Part shown: in pieces, positions 39,392 to 48,867 of the stretch
Layout: each line of letters opens with the position of its first letter
How positions within the stretch are numbered: position 1 is the first letter of the stretch
Source of the DNA: Promethearchaeota archaeon
GTDB lineage: Archaea > Asgardarchaeota > Lokiarchaeia > Sigyniarchaeales > SOKP01
NCBI GenBank assembly: GCA_048940645.1
Contig: JBHLOI010000004.1
Span: 1-64,000 of the forward strand
DNA: 64,000 bases
Direction: 5' to 3'
Made by a program: the position numbers and the translations under genes
Notes under the pieces: generated by a model
The model's database searches: none
What the model saw: the letters and a program-made list of their open reading frames with translations, nothing else
Told to the model about the DNA's origin: nothing

Positions 39392-40088
39392 ATTAAAAAA
39401 AATTTATCATTATTATGGAAAAGCTAAATCTCTTGAAGAGATAAATTTAAAAGTGGAACAAAAATCCTTAGATTCCGTTATAGGACCCAATGGTGCTGGA
39501 AAATCAACTCTTCTTAGAGTAATTTCCGGATTAGAAGAGCCTGATAGAGGTAAAATCATCTTCGAAGGAGTGAGAATTGATGAAGAAAAACCTTATAGAA
39601 TTGCGAGAATGGGAATCGCCCATTGTCCAGAACGCCGAAGACTTTTTTATGATATGAGCGTTGAGGAAAATCTTAGCATGGGGGCATATTCACTAAAGGA
39701 TAAATCAAAATTAAAGGGATTATTACAATTTATATTTGAAATTTTTCCTCGTCTTAAGGAAAGAAAGAAACAAAGAGCTGGAACTCTCAGTGGTGGTGAA
39801 CAACAAATGCTTGCTATAGCACGTTCTCTTATGTCAAACCCAAAATTACTCTTAATGGATGAACCTTCGTTAGGACTTGCACCTAAAATTAAAAACAAAA
39901 TATTTGAAGCCATCCAAAAAGTTAAAGAAGAAGGTACTACAACACTTTTAATTGAACAAGATGCTGTCTTAGCTATGGATATAGCAGATTATATTCATGT
40001 ACTAGAAGAAGGAAAAATCGAAATGAGAGGTACAAAACAAGAATTAAATCGAGAACCTAGAATTAAACAAGTATATTTAGGGATTTAG
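39375..40088 (+). CDS. livF: HAAT ABC ATPase LivF-like
   Basis: GPNGAGKST, PERRRLF, LSGGEQQMLA and DEPSLGLAP motifs; real start probably TTG 39384. Confidence 0.92.
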   Translation: MKNLLELKKIYHYYGKAKSLEEINLKVEQKSLDSVIGPNGAGKSTLLRVISGLEEPDRGKIIFEGVRIDEEKPYRIARMGIAHCPERRRLFYDMSVEENLSMGAYSLKDKSKLKGLLQFIFEIFPRLKERKKQRAGTLSGGEQQMLAIARSLMSNPKLLLMDEPSLGLAPKIKNKIFEAIQKVKEEGTTTLLIEQDAVLAMDIADYIHVLEEGKIEMRGTKQELNREPRIKQVYLGI

Positions 40089-40098
40089 GTGGGTTAAA

Positions 40099-41598
40099 AT
40101 GTCAGCAACATTAGAAAAATTATTAAGAGATGCAAGAATAGATTTGGTTTTATCAAGAATCGAGAAAGATTCCTCTGTGTTAAATGAAGTGATTGAATAT
40201 TTAGATAGTGAAATAAGATCAATTAAATTTAATGCTATATTTATATTAGGGGAATTAGGTCAGAAATCTGTAAATGGAATTCCTAAATTAATAAATTGTT
40301 TAGATAGTGAGGATTGGAGCATAATACGTGAAGCCGTCCGATCATTGGGAAAAATAGGACCACTAGCAAACGAATCAATTCCGAAATTAACAGGATTATT
40401 AACCAGCAAGGAAGATACAATTCGGAAAGAAACGGCTATAGCTTTAGGAAATATTCAAAAACTTTCTATTGACGCCATTAAAGGATTAACTAGTGCTTTA
40501 AAAGACAACAATGAAGAGGTTCGAGCTGAAACAGCAAAAGCTCTTGGAAAGATGGGACCTGAAGGTTACGAAATTGTTCCAGAATTGATAAAAAGTCTTA
40601 AGGATATAAGCTGGTTAGTTAGAACCACATCTGCTCAATCGATAAGTCAAATTGGGAAAGTATCTCCAAAAGCAATTCCTACCTTAATTAGTGCCTTGGA
40701 AGATAAGGATTGGAGAGTTCGTTATAGAGTTATAAATACTCTAGCACAAATAGGAGGAGATGAAATAGTTTCTAATCTTTTAAAATATTTAAACCATAAT
40801 AAATCACAAGTTAGAAAGGAAGCAGTTGATGCTTTAGGAGAACTTAAACAATCTGATCCTGTAGTTCTTGAAAGTTTATATCCATTATTAGAAGATGGAA
40901 ATGAAGCTGTTAGAGGTAAAACAGCTGATACACTCCGAAGTATTGGAAAAAAAGCAATCCCACCCTTAATTAAATCCTATGATGATAATTTGAAATTTCC
41001 AATTGATTGGGTTCTTTACTGGGTCTTAATTTTCTTAGCTGTACCTTATTGGCTGCTTTTTGGAGGGATTTATATCTTAATCTTGCCATTACTTATTTCA
41101 TTTATTCTCACGCTCAGAAGGTTAATACTTCATATTATGGCCAATCAAAGAAAAAAAATAATGATTATTTCTAGTCTTGGAGGAATGGGCCCAGATGCTA
41201 TAGAGGCAGTTCCATTTATTATAGATTTATTAAAGACAAAGGTTAATGCAAAAATTCGAGCTGAAATGGCTAGAACATTAGGAAAAATTGGAATTAATTC
41301 TGAGCAAGCGGTTTTAGCATTGGAAGGCACCCTTAATGATCCAAAAAGCATTGTAAGACGTGAGGCAGCACTAGCTTTAGGAAAAATTGGTTCTCTAGCC
41401 ACTAGAGCAGTTCCTACGTTAGTAAAATCATTACAAGATAAGAATGCAGATGTTAGATGGAGAGCTTCTGAAGCATTAGGTTTTATTGGAGTTAATACAA
41501 ACGAAGTCATTTCTAATTTAAATAGCTTAATCCATGACGAATGCGATTATGTCTGTGAATCTGCCATCAATGCTATAGATAGTTTAACAGAAGAGTGA
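40099..41598 (+). CDS. HEAT/PBS-lyase repeat protein interrupted by a transmembrane hairpin
   Basis: Roughly a dozen L..L.D....VR..AA.ALG.IG repeats; hydrophobic WVLYWVLIFLAVPYWLLFGGIYILILPLLISFILTL insertion. Confidence 0.85.
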   Translation: MSATLEKLLRDARIDLVLSRIEKDSSVLNEVIEYLDSEIRSIKFNAIFILGELGQKSVNGIPKLINCLDSEDWSIIREAVRSLGKIGPLANESIPKLTGLLTSKEDTIRKETAIALGNIQKLSIDAIKGLTSALKDNNEEVRAETAKALGKMGPEGYEIVPELIKSLKDISWLVRTTSAQSISQIGKVSPKAIPTLISALEDKDWRVRYRVINTLAQIGGDEIVSNLLKYLNHNKSQVRKEAVDALGELKQSDPVVLESLYPLLEDGNEAVRGKTADTLRSIGKKAIPPLIKSYDDNLKFPIDWVLYWVLIFLAVPYWLLFGGIYILILPLLISFILTLRRLILHIMANQRKKIMIISSLGGMGPDAIEAVPFIIDLLKTKVNAKIRAEMARTLGKIGINSEQAVLALEGTLNDPKSIVRREAALALGKIGSLATRAVPTLVKSLQDKNADVRWRASEALGFIGVNTNEVISNLNSLIHDECDYVCESAINAIDSLTEE

Positions 41599-41684
41599 TT
41601 TTAAGTTTAATCAAAATATTTTTATTTAATATTAAATCATTTGAATTTATATGAGTTACTAAATATTTGAGGTATTTATGAAAA

Positions 41685-43373
41685 ATGAGTGAAGAAAATC
41701 CATATGCATCAAAACCTTGGTTAAAACATTACGATGAGGGAGTACCTCCTCACATAGATTATCCTGAAATAAATATCTATGAATTTTTAGATAATGCCAC
41801 AAAAGATTTTGGTGGTCGTACAGCAATATGGTTTATGAAAAATAAAATTTCTTATAAGAAATTAAAAGATATAGCCGACAGATTAGCAACTGCTCTTGTT
41901 GACTTAGGAGTTAAGAAGGGTGACGCTGTGGCAATAATGATACCTAATTTTCCGCAATTCATAATGAGTTACTATGGAATATTAAGAGCTGGTGGAGTAG
42001 TTACTTGCTGTAGCGTACTCCATACGGAACATGAACTAGCTTACCAATTAAACGATTCTGGAGCAGAAATAATTATTGCTTGGGATAATCAAGTAGATAA
42101 AATTAATAAGATTCGGGATAGAACGCGTTTAAGGCATGTTATAATTACAAATGTGCTAGATTATTCTCCAATGGCTCCTCGTAATCCTCCTGAAATATCA
42201 GGAACGAAGCAATTCTTAAACTTAATTGACAGTACAAAATCAAATCCCCCTAAGTTTGAAACCAACGCGAAAGAAGATGTTGCCAGTCTTCAATATACCG
42301 GAGGTACAACTGGAGTGCCTAAAGGCGCTATGTTAACCCATTACAATTTAGTTTCAAATTGTCTTGCAACGCTTTCTTGGATTGGTCAAGAATCGAACAG
42401 AGGAAAGGAAACCATCTTGACAAATTTACCACTGTTTCATATTTATGGACAAACTGTTTGTATGAACATACATGTTTATAATGCCTCGACAATAGCTTTA
42501 AATCCAGATCCTCGTGATCAAAAATCTTTATTTGAAATAATAAAAGCAACACAGCCTTCAATGTTTCCAGGAGTTCCAACAATGTATATGCGTTTATTAG
42601 AAAGAGATGATTTAGAAGATTATGCTAAAGATCTTAAATCTATAAGAGTTTGCAATACAGGTGCAGCTCCAATGCCTCCTGAAGTTCTTAAGGAATTTGA
42701 AGAAAGAACTGGTGGAAAAGTGATAGAAGGATACGGAATGACAGAAACTTCGCCAGTAACACATAGTAATCCTATAGCTGGAGAAAGAAAGATCGGCTCT
42801 GTGGGAATGCCTATACCTGATACTGAAGTAAAAATAGTCGATATTGAGGATTATACAAAAATAATTCCTCTTGGAGAAGCAGGAGAAATAATGATAAAAG
42901 GACCACAAGTAATGAAAGGTTATTGGAATAAGCCAGAGGAAACAGCGAATCAATTGAAAGGTGAGTGGGTACTGACAGGAGATATTGGAAAAATGGATGA
43001 GGATGGCTATTTTTACATTGTTGATCGAAAGAAAGATATGATAAATGTAAGTGGTTTTAAAGTTTATCCTCGAGAACTTGAGGATGTTTTGTTTGAATAT
43101 GAAGCAATAGAAAATGTTGCGATTATAGGAATTCCTGACCCAGATCTCCGCGGAAGTGAAAAAGTAAAAGCATATGTTGTATTAAAAGATGGATATAAAG
43201 AAAGTGAAGAAATTAAAAGTGAAATTAAGGAATTCTGTAGGCAAAATGTTGCCCCATATAAAATTCCAAAATTCATCGAATTTAGAAAAGAACTTCCAGA
43301 AACCTTAGTTGGTAAAGTTCAAAGGAAGGAATTAAAAGATATTGAAGCAAAAAGAAGAGGAGAAGAAGTTTAA
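41685..43373 (+). CDS. fadD: Long-chain fatty acid-CoA ligase
   Basis: YTGGTTGVPKG, EGYGMTE, TGDIG, DRKKD and LP.T.VGK motifs. Confidence 0.93.
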   Translation: MSEENPYASKPWLKHYDEGVPPHIDYPEINIYEFLDNATKDFGGRTAIWFMKNKISYKKLKDIADRLATALVDLGVKKGDAVAIMIPNFPQFIMSYYGILRAGGVVTCCSVLHTEHELAYQLNDSGAEIIIAWDNQVDKINKIRDRTRLRHVIITNVLDYSPMAPRNPPEISGTKQFLNLIDSTKSNPPKFETNAKEDVASLQYTGGTTGVPKGAMLTHYNLVSNCLATLSWIGQESNRGKETILTNLPLFHIYGQTVCMNIHVYNASTIALNPDPRDQKSLFEIIKATQPSMFPGVPTMYMRLLERDDLEDYAKDLKSIRVCNTGAAPMPPEVLKEFEERTGGKVIEGYGMTETSPVTHSNPIAGERKIGSVGMPIPDTEVKIVDIEDYTKIIPLGEAGEIMIKGPQVMKGYWNKPEETANQLKGEWVLTGDIGKMDEDGYFYIVDRKKDMINVSGFKVYPRELEDVLFEYEAIENVAIIGIPDPDLRGSEKVKAYVVLKDGYKESEEIKSEIKEFCRQNVAPYKIPKFIEFRKELPETLVGKVQRKELKDIEAKRRGEEV

Positions 43374-43466
43374 TCCTCTTAAAAAACTAATATTTTTTAT
43401 CGACTCCCTTTTATTCTTTTTTTTTTACAGAAATTATCATTAAAAGTTAAAATTATAAAATAAAGC

Positions 43467-44042
43467 ATGTTGGAAGCAATTCGTAAATTTGCGAGAGAAA
43501 ATTCCGAATCTGATGATATTCATGGATTTCCTCACGTTGAAAGAGTATATAATTTGTGTCTTAAAATAGGAAAAAAATTAGATGCTGATATTAAAATATT
43601 AAATATTGCAGCATTACTTCATGATATCGGAAGAAATAAAGAAGGAGTAAACACCTTTAACAGAAATCATGCTGAAATTTCTGCAGAATTAGCAATTAAC
43701 TTTTTAACTAACGTAGATATTGGACTCCCTAAAGAGAGTTTTGAGAATATTATTCATTGTATAAAAGCTCATTCTTTTTCAAACAAGTTAAAGCCTAAAA
43801 CTCTGGAAGCAAAAATTTTGTCTGATGCAGACAAACTGGATGCATTAGGAGCTATTGGTTTATATCGTACAATAGGATTTACAGTTAAAAGTAGGGGTGG
43901 AGTTGATCAGGTGATTGAACATTTGGAGAACAAAATAATGAAATTGAAAAGTCAGATTTATTTAGACATTTCAAAAGAAATTGCAATAAAACGTGAAAAA
44001 ATAATAGTGAAGTTTTATCATCAAATTATTGATGAAAGATAA
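43467..44042 (+). CDS. HD domain phosphohydrolase
   Basis: HG..HV.RV, AALLHDIG, H and SDADKLDALGAIG motifs. Confidence 0.9.
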   Translation: MLEAIRKFARENSESDDIHGFPHVERVYNLCLKIGKKLDADIKILNIAALLHDIGRNKEGVNTFNRNHAEISAELAINFLTNVDIGLPKESFENIIHCIKAHSFSNKLKPKTLEAKILSDADKLDALGAIGLYRTIGFTVKSRGGVDQVIEHLENKIMKLKSQIYLDISKEIAIKREKIIVKFYHQIIDER

Positions 44043-44258
44043 AGAAAAAGAATTTTCCTTCTGTTCTTAAAGAATTTACCTTGGTATAATCAAGTTTTGG
44101 AGAAGCTTGCGGATCATTTTCACAAATCATTAGATGATGCGAGAAGGTGGATTAAAGATCCTGATGAATTAGAAACTGCACTTAAAGCTTTAAGTAATCG
44201 AGAGAAATCGGTGCTAACTTTAATTTCTAACCTTGATCAAGTAGAAGGTATTATGTAA
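44043..44258 (+). pseudogene. Possible gene fragment or small CDS in frame after the HD gene stop
   Basis: 72-codon open frame (RKRIFLLFLKNLPWYNQVLEKLADHFHKSLDDARRWIKDPDELETALKALSNREKSVLTLISNLDQVEGIM*) with protein-like composition but no RBS or ATG start. Confidence 0.4.
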
Positions 44259-44280
44259 AACAAATTTTTATTTTTATTTT

Positions 44281-45483
44281 TTAACTAATTCTCAATATTA
44301 TACTTAACAAGATTGGAAATTTTTCTTCAGACCCCCAAATCACATAGATTTTATCATCAATTGGTATAGCAACATGCTTTGCCGCAACAATCCAATCTGT
44401 TCCAATATTATTCGCCGTTTTAGTATCTTCTTTAAATTTTAGATGCATAATTGCTCCAAAATAATCACTTATTGTTGTATGAGTGATTTTAATATCCTTT
44501 AAATCTGGATTTGTGAATTCTTCTTTTATTGGATCTGGCTGTAAATGTCCTTTTAGTTTCTCGTACGACAGTTGTAAAGCTGCTTGAATGATGACTTCTT
44601 CTTTCACAGCTTTATCATATTCAAATATAATAAGCCCACAATCTTTTTCAACTCCAATTATTCCTAAAGCGTTATATTCTTTTGAAACATCAATCCAACC
44701 ATTTTCTGAACTCTCACCCATTATATATCTAAAAGATTTTAGAATCTTTAACTCATCTTCCCTTTCACTAATTATATTATCAATAACTTCATTGAGAGGT
44801 CTAGCAACATAGATCATTGTACCTGTTGGGCGTTCCATGACTTTATCAACCCATCTTTTATTAATTAACCGTTCAATGATCCTATAAATTGTCGTTCTCT
44901 TGATATTCAGTTTTTTATTAAGATTTCCGACCTTTTCTCCTTTTTCACCAATCTGAAGTAGAGTCAAATACACCTTTGCCTCTTCAAGTGTTAATCCAAC
45001 CTTCAATAAACCTAATCTTTGTAAGTTCTGAGTGTCATCTAGCAAAACTTTTGGAGTAGCCCATTTAATCTCTTTAATTTTACCTAAACTTGTATGGGGA
45101 TCTAAATAAGGATCCTTTTTACGTAGTTCTCCTAAAGTCCTTGAAGCATCCATTAAACCTAATAGTATTGTATCTCCAGGCTCTATTCTACAGATAATTC
45201 TCCTCTCATCATCCTTAAATCCAATGATACTACCTCTTTTTTCTAAATTCATAGCAACAAGCCTTTCATATGAAACTTGTATAATTTTGTATTTAATTTT
45301 ATCAATAAGAAGCTCTCCGAGTTCTTGTGAATCCCATAAAGAATTAATTTCTTCTAAATCATCAGTAATATCCCAATTATCAGATGAATAGACTATTTTA
45401 CTATTTCCTTCAATAATGATTGTTGAGATAATTCTAGATTCAGGTGTAAGAAATTTATCTAACCTGTTGATAATTTTTTCCAA
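44281..45483 (-). CDS. Profilin-like domain + TrmB-type winged-helix DNA-binding domain + C-terminal alpha/beta domain fusion
   Basis: aa 1-120 match the Asgard profilin pattern (IIIEG..IVYSSDNWDI..D...W......I..IKY.I.Q...ERLVA.N....G.IIG). aa ~152-250 GLT.EEAKVY..LL......V..L...L.I.RTTIY.I..RL....WV is a TrmB HTH. Strong GGAGG RBS with TTG start. Confidence 0.8.
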   Translation of the reverse strand: MEKIINRLDKFLTPESRIISTIIIEGNSKIVYSSDNWDITDDLEEINSLWDSQELGELLIDKIKYKIIQVSYERLVAMNLEKRGSIIGFKDDERRIICRIEPGDTILLGLMDASRTLGELRKKDPYLDPHTSLGKIKEIKWATPKVLLDDTQNLQRLGLLKVGLTLEEAKVYLTLLQIGEKGEKVGNLNKKLNIKRTTIYRIIERLINKRWVDKVMERPTGTMIYVARPLNEVIDNIISEREDELKILKSFRYIMGESSENGWIDVSKEYNALGIIGVEKDCGLIIFEYDKAVKEEVIIQAALQLSYEKLKGHLQPDPIKEEFTNPDLKDIKITHTTISDYFGAIMHLKFKEDTKTANNIGTDWIVAAKHVAIPIDDKIYVIWGSEEKFPILLSIILRIS

Positions 45484-45543
45484 TTCTCCTTAACCTCCTT
45501 TTTAAAATGGAATAAAAAAAATTGAAAATATTAAAATATTTCA

Positions 45544-46680
45544 TTAAAAACACCTATGTATTATTTTAGGGCCAAATTCTTTATATTCACGTCGAGTAAT
45601 CCACATCCTATGAAATGTCTTTAATGATCCTAAAATTGAGCCTCCAATCCACACTGAATACATACGTTCTGGTGGACTGATAATTCTTACTTCTACGGAT
45701 TCAGAAATCATTTCCTTTATCTCTTTTGTTAATCTTTCCTTAATACCTGGAAACATAGTAGAACCACCTGACAATACAATATTGCTATAAAGGTCTCTTC
45801 GAAGGTCAACATCACATTCAGATATAGCGCTTACAATAAGATCATCAATTGGGTCTAACTCTTTTCCTATCACTGATGGATTGAAAAAACATTCAGGAGC
45901 TAAGAATCTCTCTATTCCTAAGCTAACAGTTTCTCCATCCGGAAGCATAAATAATTTTTCCATTCCAGCAACTTTCTTAGAAAGTAATAATTCTTTTTCT
46001 GGATCTATTGCAACATAACATAGCTTTTCTTTAATATCTCTTACAATTTCAATTTCAGCAGTTGAGGTGAATGAATAACCTTTTTGTCTTAGCAACCTTT
46101 GTAAATATTTTGTAACGTCTCTTCCTGCTAGATCTATTCTTTGTATAGCATGGCTCAATGCAAATCCTTCATATATCGGAACAATATGAGACACTCCATC
46201 GCCAATATCTATTACAGTTCCTGTTGTTCTTCCTGAAGCATATAAAGATAACACTGCTTGCATTGCAATGTACAATGCAGGTACATTAAATGTCTCAAAC
46301 ATGATTTCTGCCATTTTCTCTCTATTTTGTCGCGGATTCAATGGTGCTTCTGTAAGGAGTATCGGATGTTCTGAAGGATCAATTCTTAGGTCAGTATAAT
46401 ATGTATAATGCCATAATTTTTCCATAGCAGGCCAATCTTCTACAATACCATGTTCGATCGGAAATTTAAGACTTAAAAGACCTCTAAGTTCCATTGCCTC
46501 TTCTCCAATATAATAATCTCTAGAAAAATGTTTTACATCTGGCATCACAGTTCCATATTTTGGAGTACCAATCATGGTAGGAAAAACCGATCGTGGTTGA
46601 TCTTCTCCACCAAAACCGTTTTTGGAAATTCCTGTTCCATTATCTAAAATAATAGCCCTATTAAATTTTAATTCTTCCAT
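45544..46680 (-). CDS. Actin (Asgard/Lokiactin-type, eukaryote-like)
   Basis: [105 protein letters not shown] and C-terminal IHRCF. Confidence 0.98.
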   Translation of the reverse strand: MEELKFNRAIILDNGTGISKNGFGGEDQPRSVFPTMIGTPKYGTVMPDVKHFSRDYYIGEEAMELRGLLSLKFPIEHGIVEDWPAMEKLWHYTYYTDLRIDPSEHPILLTEAPLNPRQNREKMAEIMFETFNVPALYIAMQAVLSLYASGRTTGTVIDIGDGVSHIVPIYEGFALSHAIQRIDLAGRDVTKYLQRLLRQKGYSFTSTAEIEIVRDIKEKLCYVAIDPEKELLLSKKVAGMEKLFMLPDGETVSLGIERFLAPECFFNPSVIGKELDPIDDLIVSAISECDVDLRRDLYSNIVLSGGSTMFPGIKERLTKEIKEMISESVEVRIISPPERMYSVWIGGSILGSLKTFHRMWITRREYKEFGPKIIHRCF

Positions 46681-46861
46681 AATTTATTCCTCCACCAATT
46701 TTTTTTCGAAATTATATGCTAATTTTTCACAATAGAAATTTAAAATAATGGAATATAAAAATAAATTGGTTTATAGTTAAATCCAAGAACTATTTTAGTA
46801 TCTATTGATGAATTACAGCATATAATTATAATATGATAAAATAAATTTAACTATTTAAATG

Positions 46862-46908
46862 TTGTCACAATATTGTCGCATCATTGCGACAAATGAATAT
46901 ATATTCAT
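46862..46908. promoter_or_regulatory. Palindrome cluster upstream of actin (TTGTCGCA-N4-TGCGACAA, extra TTGTCACA half-site, ATGAATATATATTCAT)
   Basis: Perfect 8-bp inverted repeat at 46873-46880/46885-46892; related half-site at 46862-46869; perfect 16-bp palindrome at 46893-46908. Confidence 0.5.
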
Positions 46909-46917
46909 AAACTAGAT

Positions 46918-47532
46918 TTAGTTATATTTTTTAAGAAATTTTTCAGCTGATTTTCTAGTTTTAAGGCTTTTACATTCCAGTTGAGCTTTTACAAATTCAA
47001 TGACTTCTTCCTTATTTTCTATTTCATTAAAGAATTCATTGAAAGATTCAATAATATATGCTTTTATTAAGTCTTTACGGCTAATTTCGTGATGTGTCTC
47101 ATCTATACTTAATAATACTTTAGTTAGCTTATCTCTTAGGTGCGGTTTTGCTTTAGCAATGGTGCCAAGATTCGCTGCTAGATGCCCAGCTGTCATTACA
47201 CTTTTAGCATCAATTAAATTACAATAAATATCAAAAATATCTTCAAACTTATTTTTAGTATCAATTCTGGCAAGGTTGGCGAGAATTTGAATTCCAATAA
47301 CTTTATGGAAATTGTTTTGACTTTTTAGCAAATCAATAAAAAAATCCCAATGTGGATAAAGGACTTCTGGTTTATTCTGGCTTATAATTAATAAGACTTT
47401 ATGGCTATTATATCGAATAATTTCAGCTTTAGCTATAAGATTATTTATCAATTCAACTAATATTTTAGGATCTTCTATTGCTTTATTAATAAGGCTTTCA
47501 GGTTCAAAATCTTTCTTATTTAGATTATGCAA
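46918..47532 (-). CDS. HEAT/ARM-repeat helical protein (AlkD-like fold possible)
   Basis: All-helical pattern (IRYNSHKVL..IS...PEVLYP.WD.F..LL); no catalytic motif recognised. Confidence 0.65.
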   Translation of the reverse strand: MHNLNKKDFEPESLINKAIEDPKILVELINNLIAKAEIIRYNSHKVLLIISQNKPEVLYPHWDFFIDLLKSQNNFHKVIGIQILANLARIDTKNKFEDIFDIYCNLIDAKSVMTAGHLAANLGTIAKAKPHLRDKLTKVLLSIDETHHEISRKDLIKAYIIESFNEFFNEIENKEEVIEFVKAQLECKSLKTRKSAEKFLKKYN

Positions 47533-47599
47533 ATTTTATCCCTACATAATTTAATTTTAATAAAAGAAAATTAAAAAAAAGTTAAGAATAGATATACTT

Positions 47600-48730
47600 T
47601 TAGCTTCGCTTTCTTTTATCACGCGCTTTCTTTTTTTCATCAATAAATACCCAGATTATTAATGAACTTGCACCAACAATTCCAATTGTTACCAAAGAGA
47701 TTATTAAAATAGTCTTTTCATCCATAATTATTCTATAAATTGGCTCGGTTTTAAACAAATCAGCAATTGGAATCATCTTACCAATAATTCCACTTTCATT
47801 CCCACTGGGATAGATTCTACCATGTGTAAATCCGAAATATTGAACTCCAGGAGCTCCAGGTACGATTTTGGCTAATTCGTCATCCAAATTCAGTTTAACA
47901 ACTTTGCTAAAATCGTGATGATAATAAATATAAATATCACGACTAACAGGATCAAAAATATTGCTATACCATGTTTGATACATAGCTACAGCATTTAAAA
48001 CCTCCCGACAAATGTCAACGGTGAGGACTTCTTCAGAATTAACATCGTCAAGTATAGAACAGGCGGCATCATAGCGCTCACATGGATACCATCCATTTGA
48101 TGGATTTGCTAAGTTAAAATTAGTTGAAACTAGATAATTTGAATCATTTATACGTGTATATGCGAATTCTCCATCAATTCCCGCACTCACAACTACAGCA
48201 TCACCTGTAGCATCAGCATAGTGCATCTGTGCTGCAACTGCTGTACCAAAATAATAATTTTCAAAAAAATCAATAGCATCCTCAACATTACTTAATTCCC
48301 ATAACCATTGAAACCCAACGTGTATTTCTGGGTAAGTATCATTCCGTTCGGGGTGGTCATTCAGGGGAGCGACTGGTAATCCATTTGCATCATAACACAA
48401 GCCTTGATCATTCATCCCGCCCTGTGGCACTCCATCACCTATAAAATAATTATTGTAAAATCCAAAAAATATCATTCCATGCATAAGTTGCTTTCCTTCA
48501 GGAGTTCCCGGGTCAATTTCTTGACTTGGAATAAGCCATATGTATACTCCTTCCATATCGTAATCTTCACTATTTCCAAAGAAGACTTTATCACCTAACT
48601 TAGCTGTAAATATTGTACAGGATTGAGCAATAGGATGAGGGGGATGGATACTAACAATGTTAATAATTTGGATATTTGTAAAGAGACAAGAAAAAATAAA
48701 AAAATATAATAAAAGTCTTTTAGATTTCAT
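47600..48730 (-). CDS. Membrane-anchored Ntn hydrolase (peptidase C45/C59-like)
   Basis: Signal peptide, then CTIF...VFFGNSED (Cys nucleophile); GGMNDQGL, ADATG, TNF and C.RY motifs; C-terminal TM with basic tail. Confidence 0.82.
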   Translation of the reverse strand: MKSKRLLLYFFIFSCLFTNIQIINIVSIHPPHPIAQSCTIFTAKLGDKVFFGNSEDYDMEGVYIWLIPSQEIDPGTPEGKQLMHGMIFFGFYNNYFIGDGVPQGGMNDQGLCYDANGLPVAPLNDHPERNDTYPEIHVGFQWLWELSNVEDAIDFFENYYFGTAVAAQMHYADATGDAVVVSAGIDGEFAYTRINDSNYLVSTNFNLANPSNGWYPCERYDAACSILDDVNSEEVLTVDICREVLNAVAMYQTWYSNIFDPVSRDIYIYYHHDFSKVVKLNLDDELAKIVPGAPGVQYFGFTHGRIYPSGNESGIIGKMIPIADLFKTEPIYRIIMDEKTILIISLVTIGIVGASSLIIWVFIDEKKKARDKRKRS

Positions 48731-48867
48731 GAGATAATCCCAGATTAAGAAAAATTTATGTTATTCTATTATATATTGGATGCTTTTTAAATTATTATCT
48801 CAATACTCGTATCAAAATGAACTTATGTTACACATTGTGAACAGATTTGTACAAAAGGATAAATGAA

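Noticed and set aside
45544-46680. Eukaryotic contamination or an MreB/crenactin call for the actin gene
   Set aside because: No introns, an archaeal RBS and the same composition as neighbours; motifs are those of true actin
48826-48855. Imperfect dyads (TGTTACACATTGTGAACA, TTTGTACAAA) between uvrA and the Ntn hydrolase gene
   Set aside because: Short, imperfect or AT-rich; not distinguishable from chance
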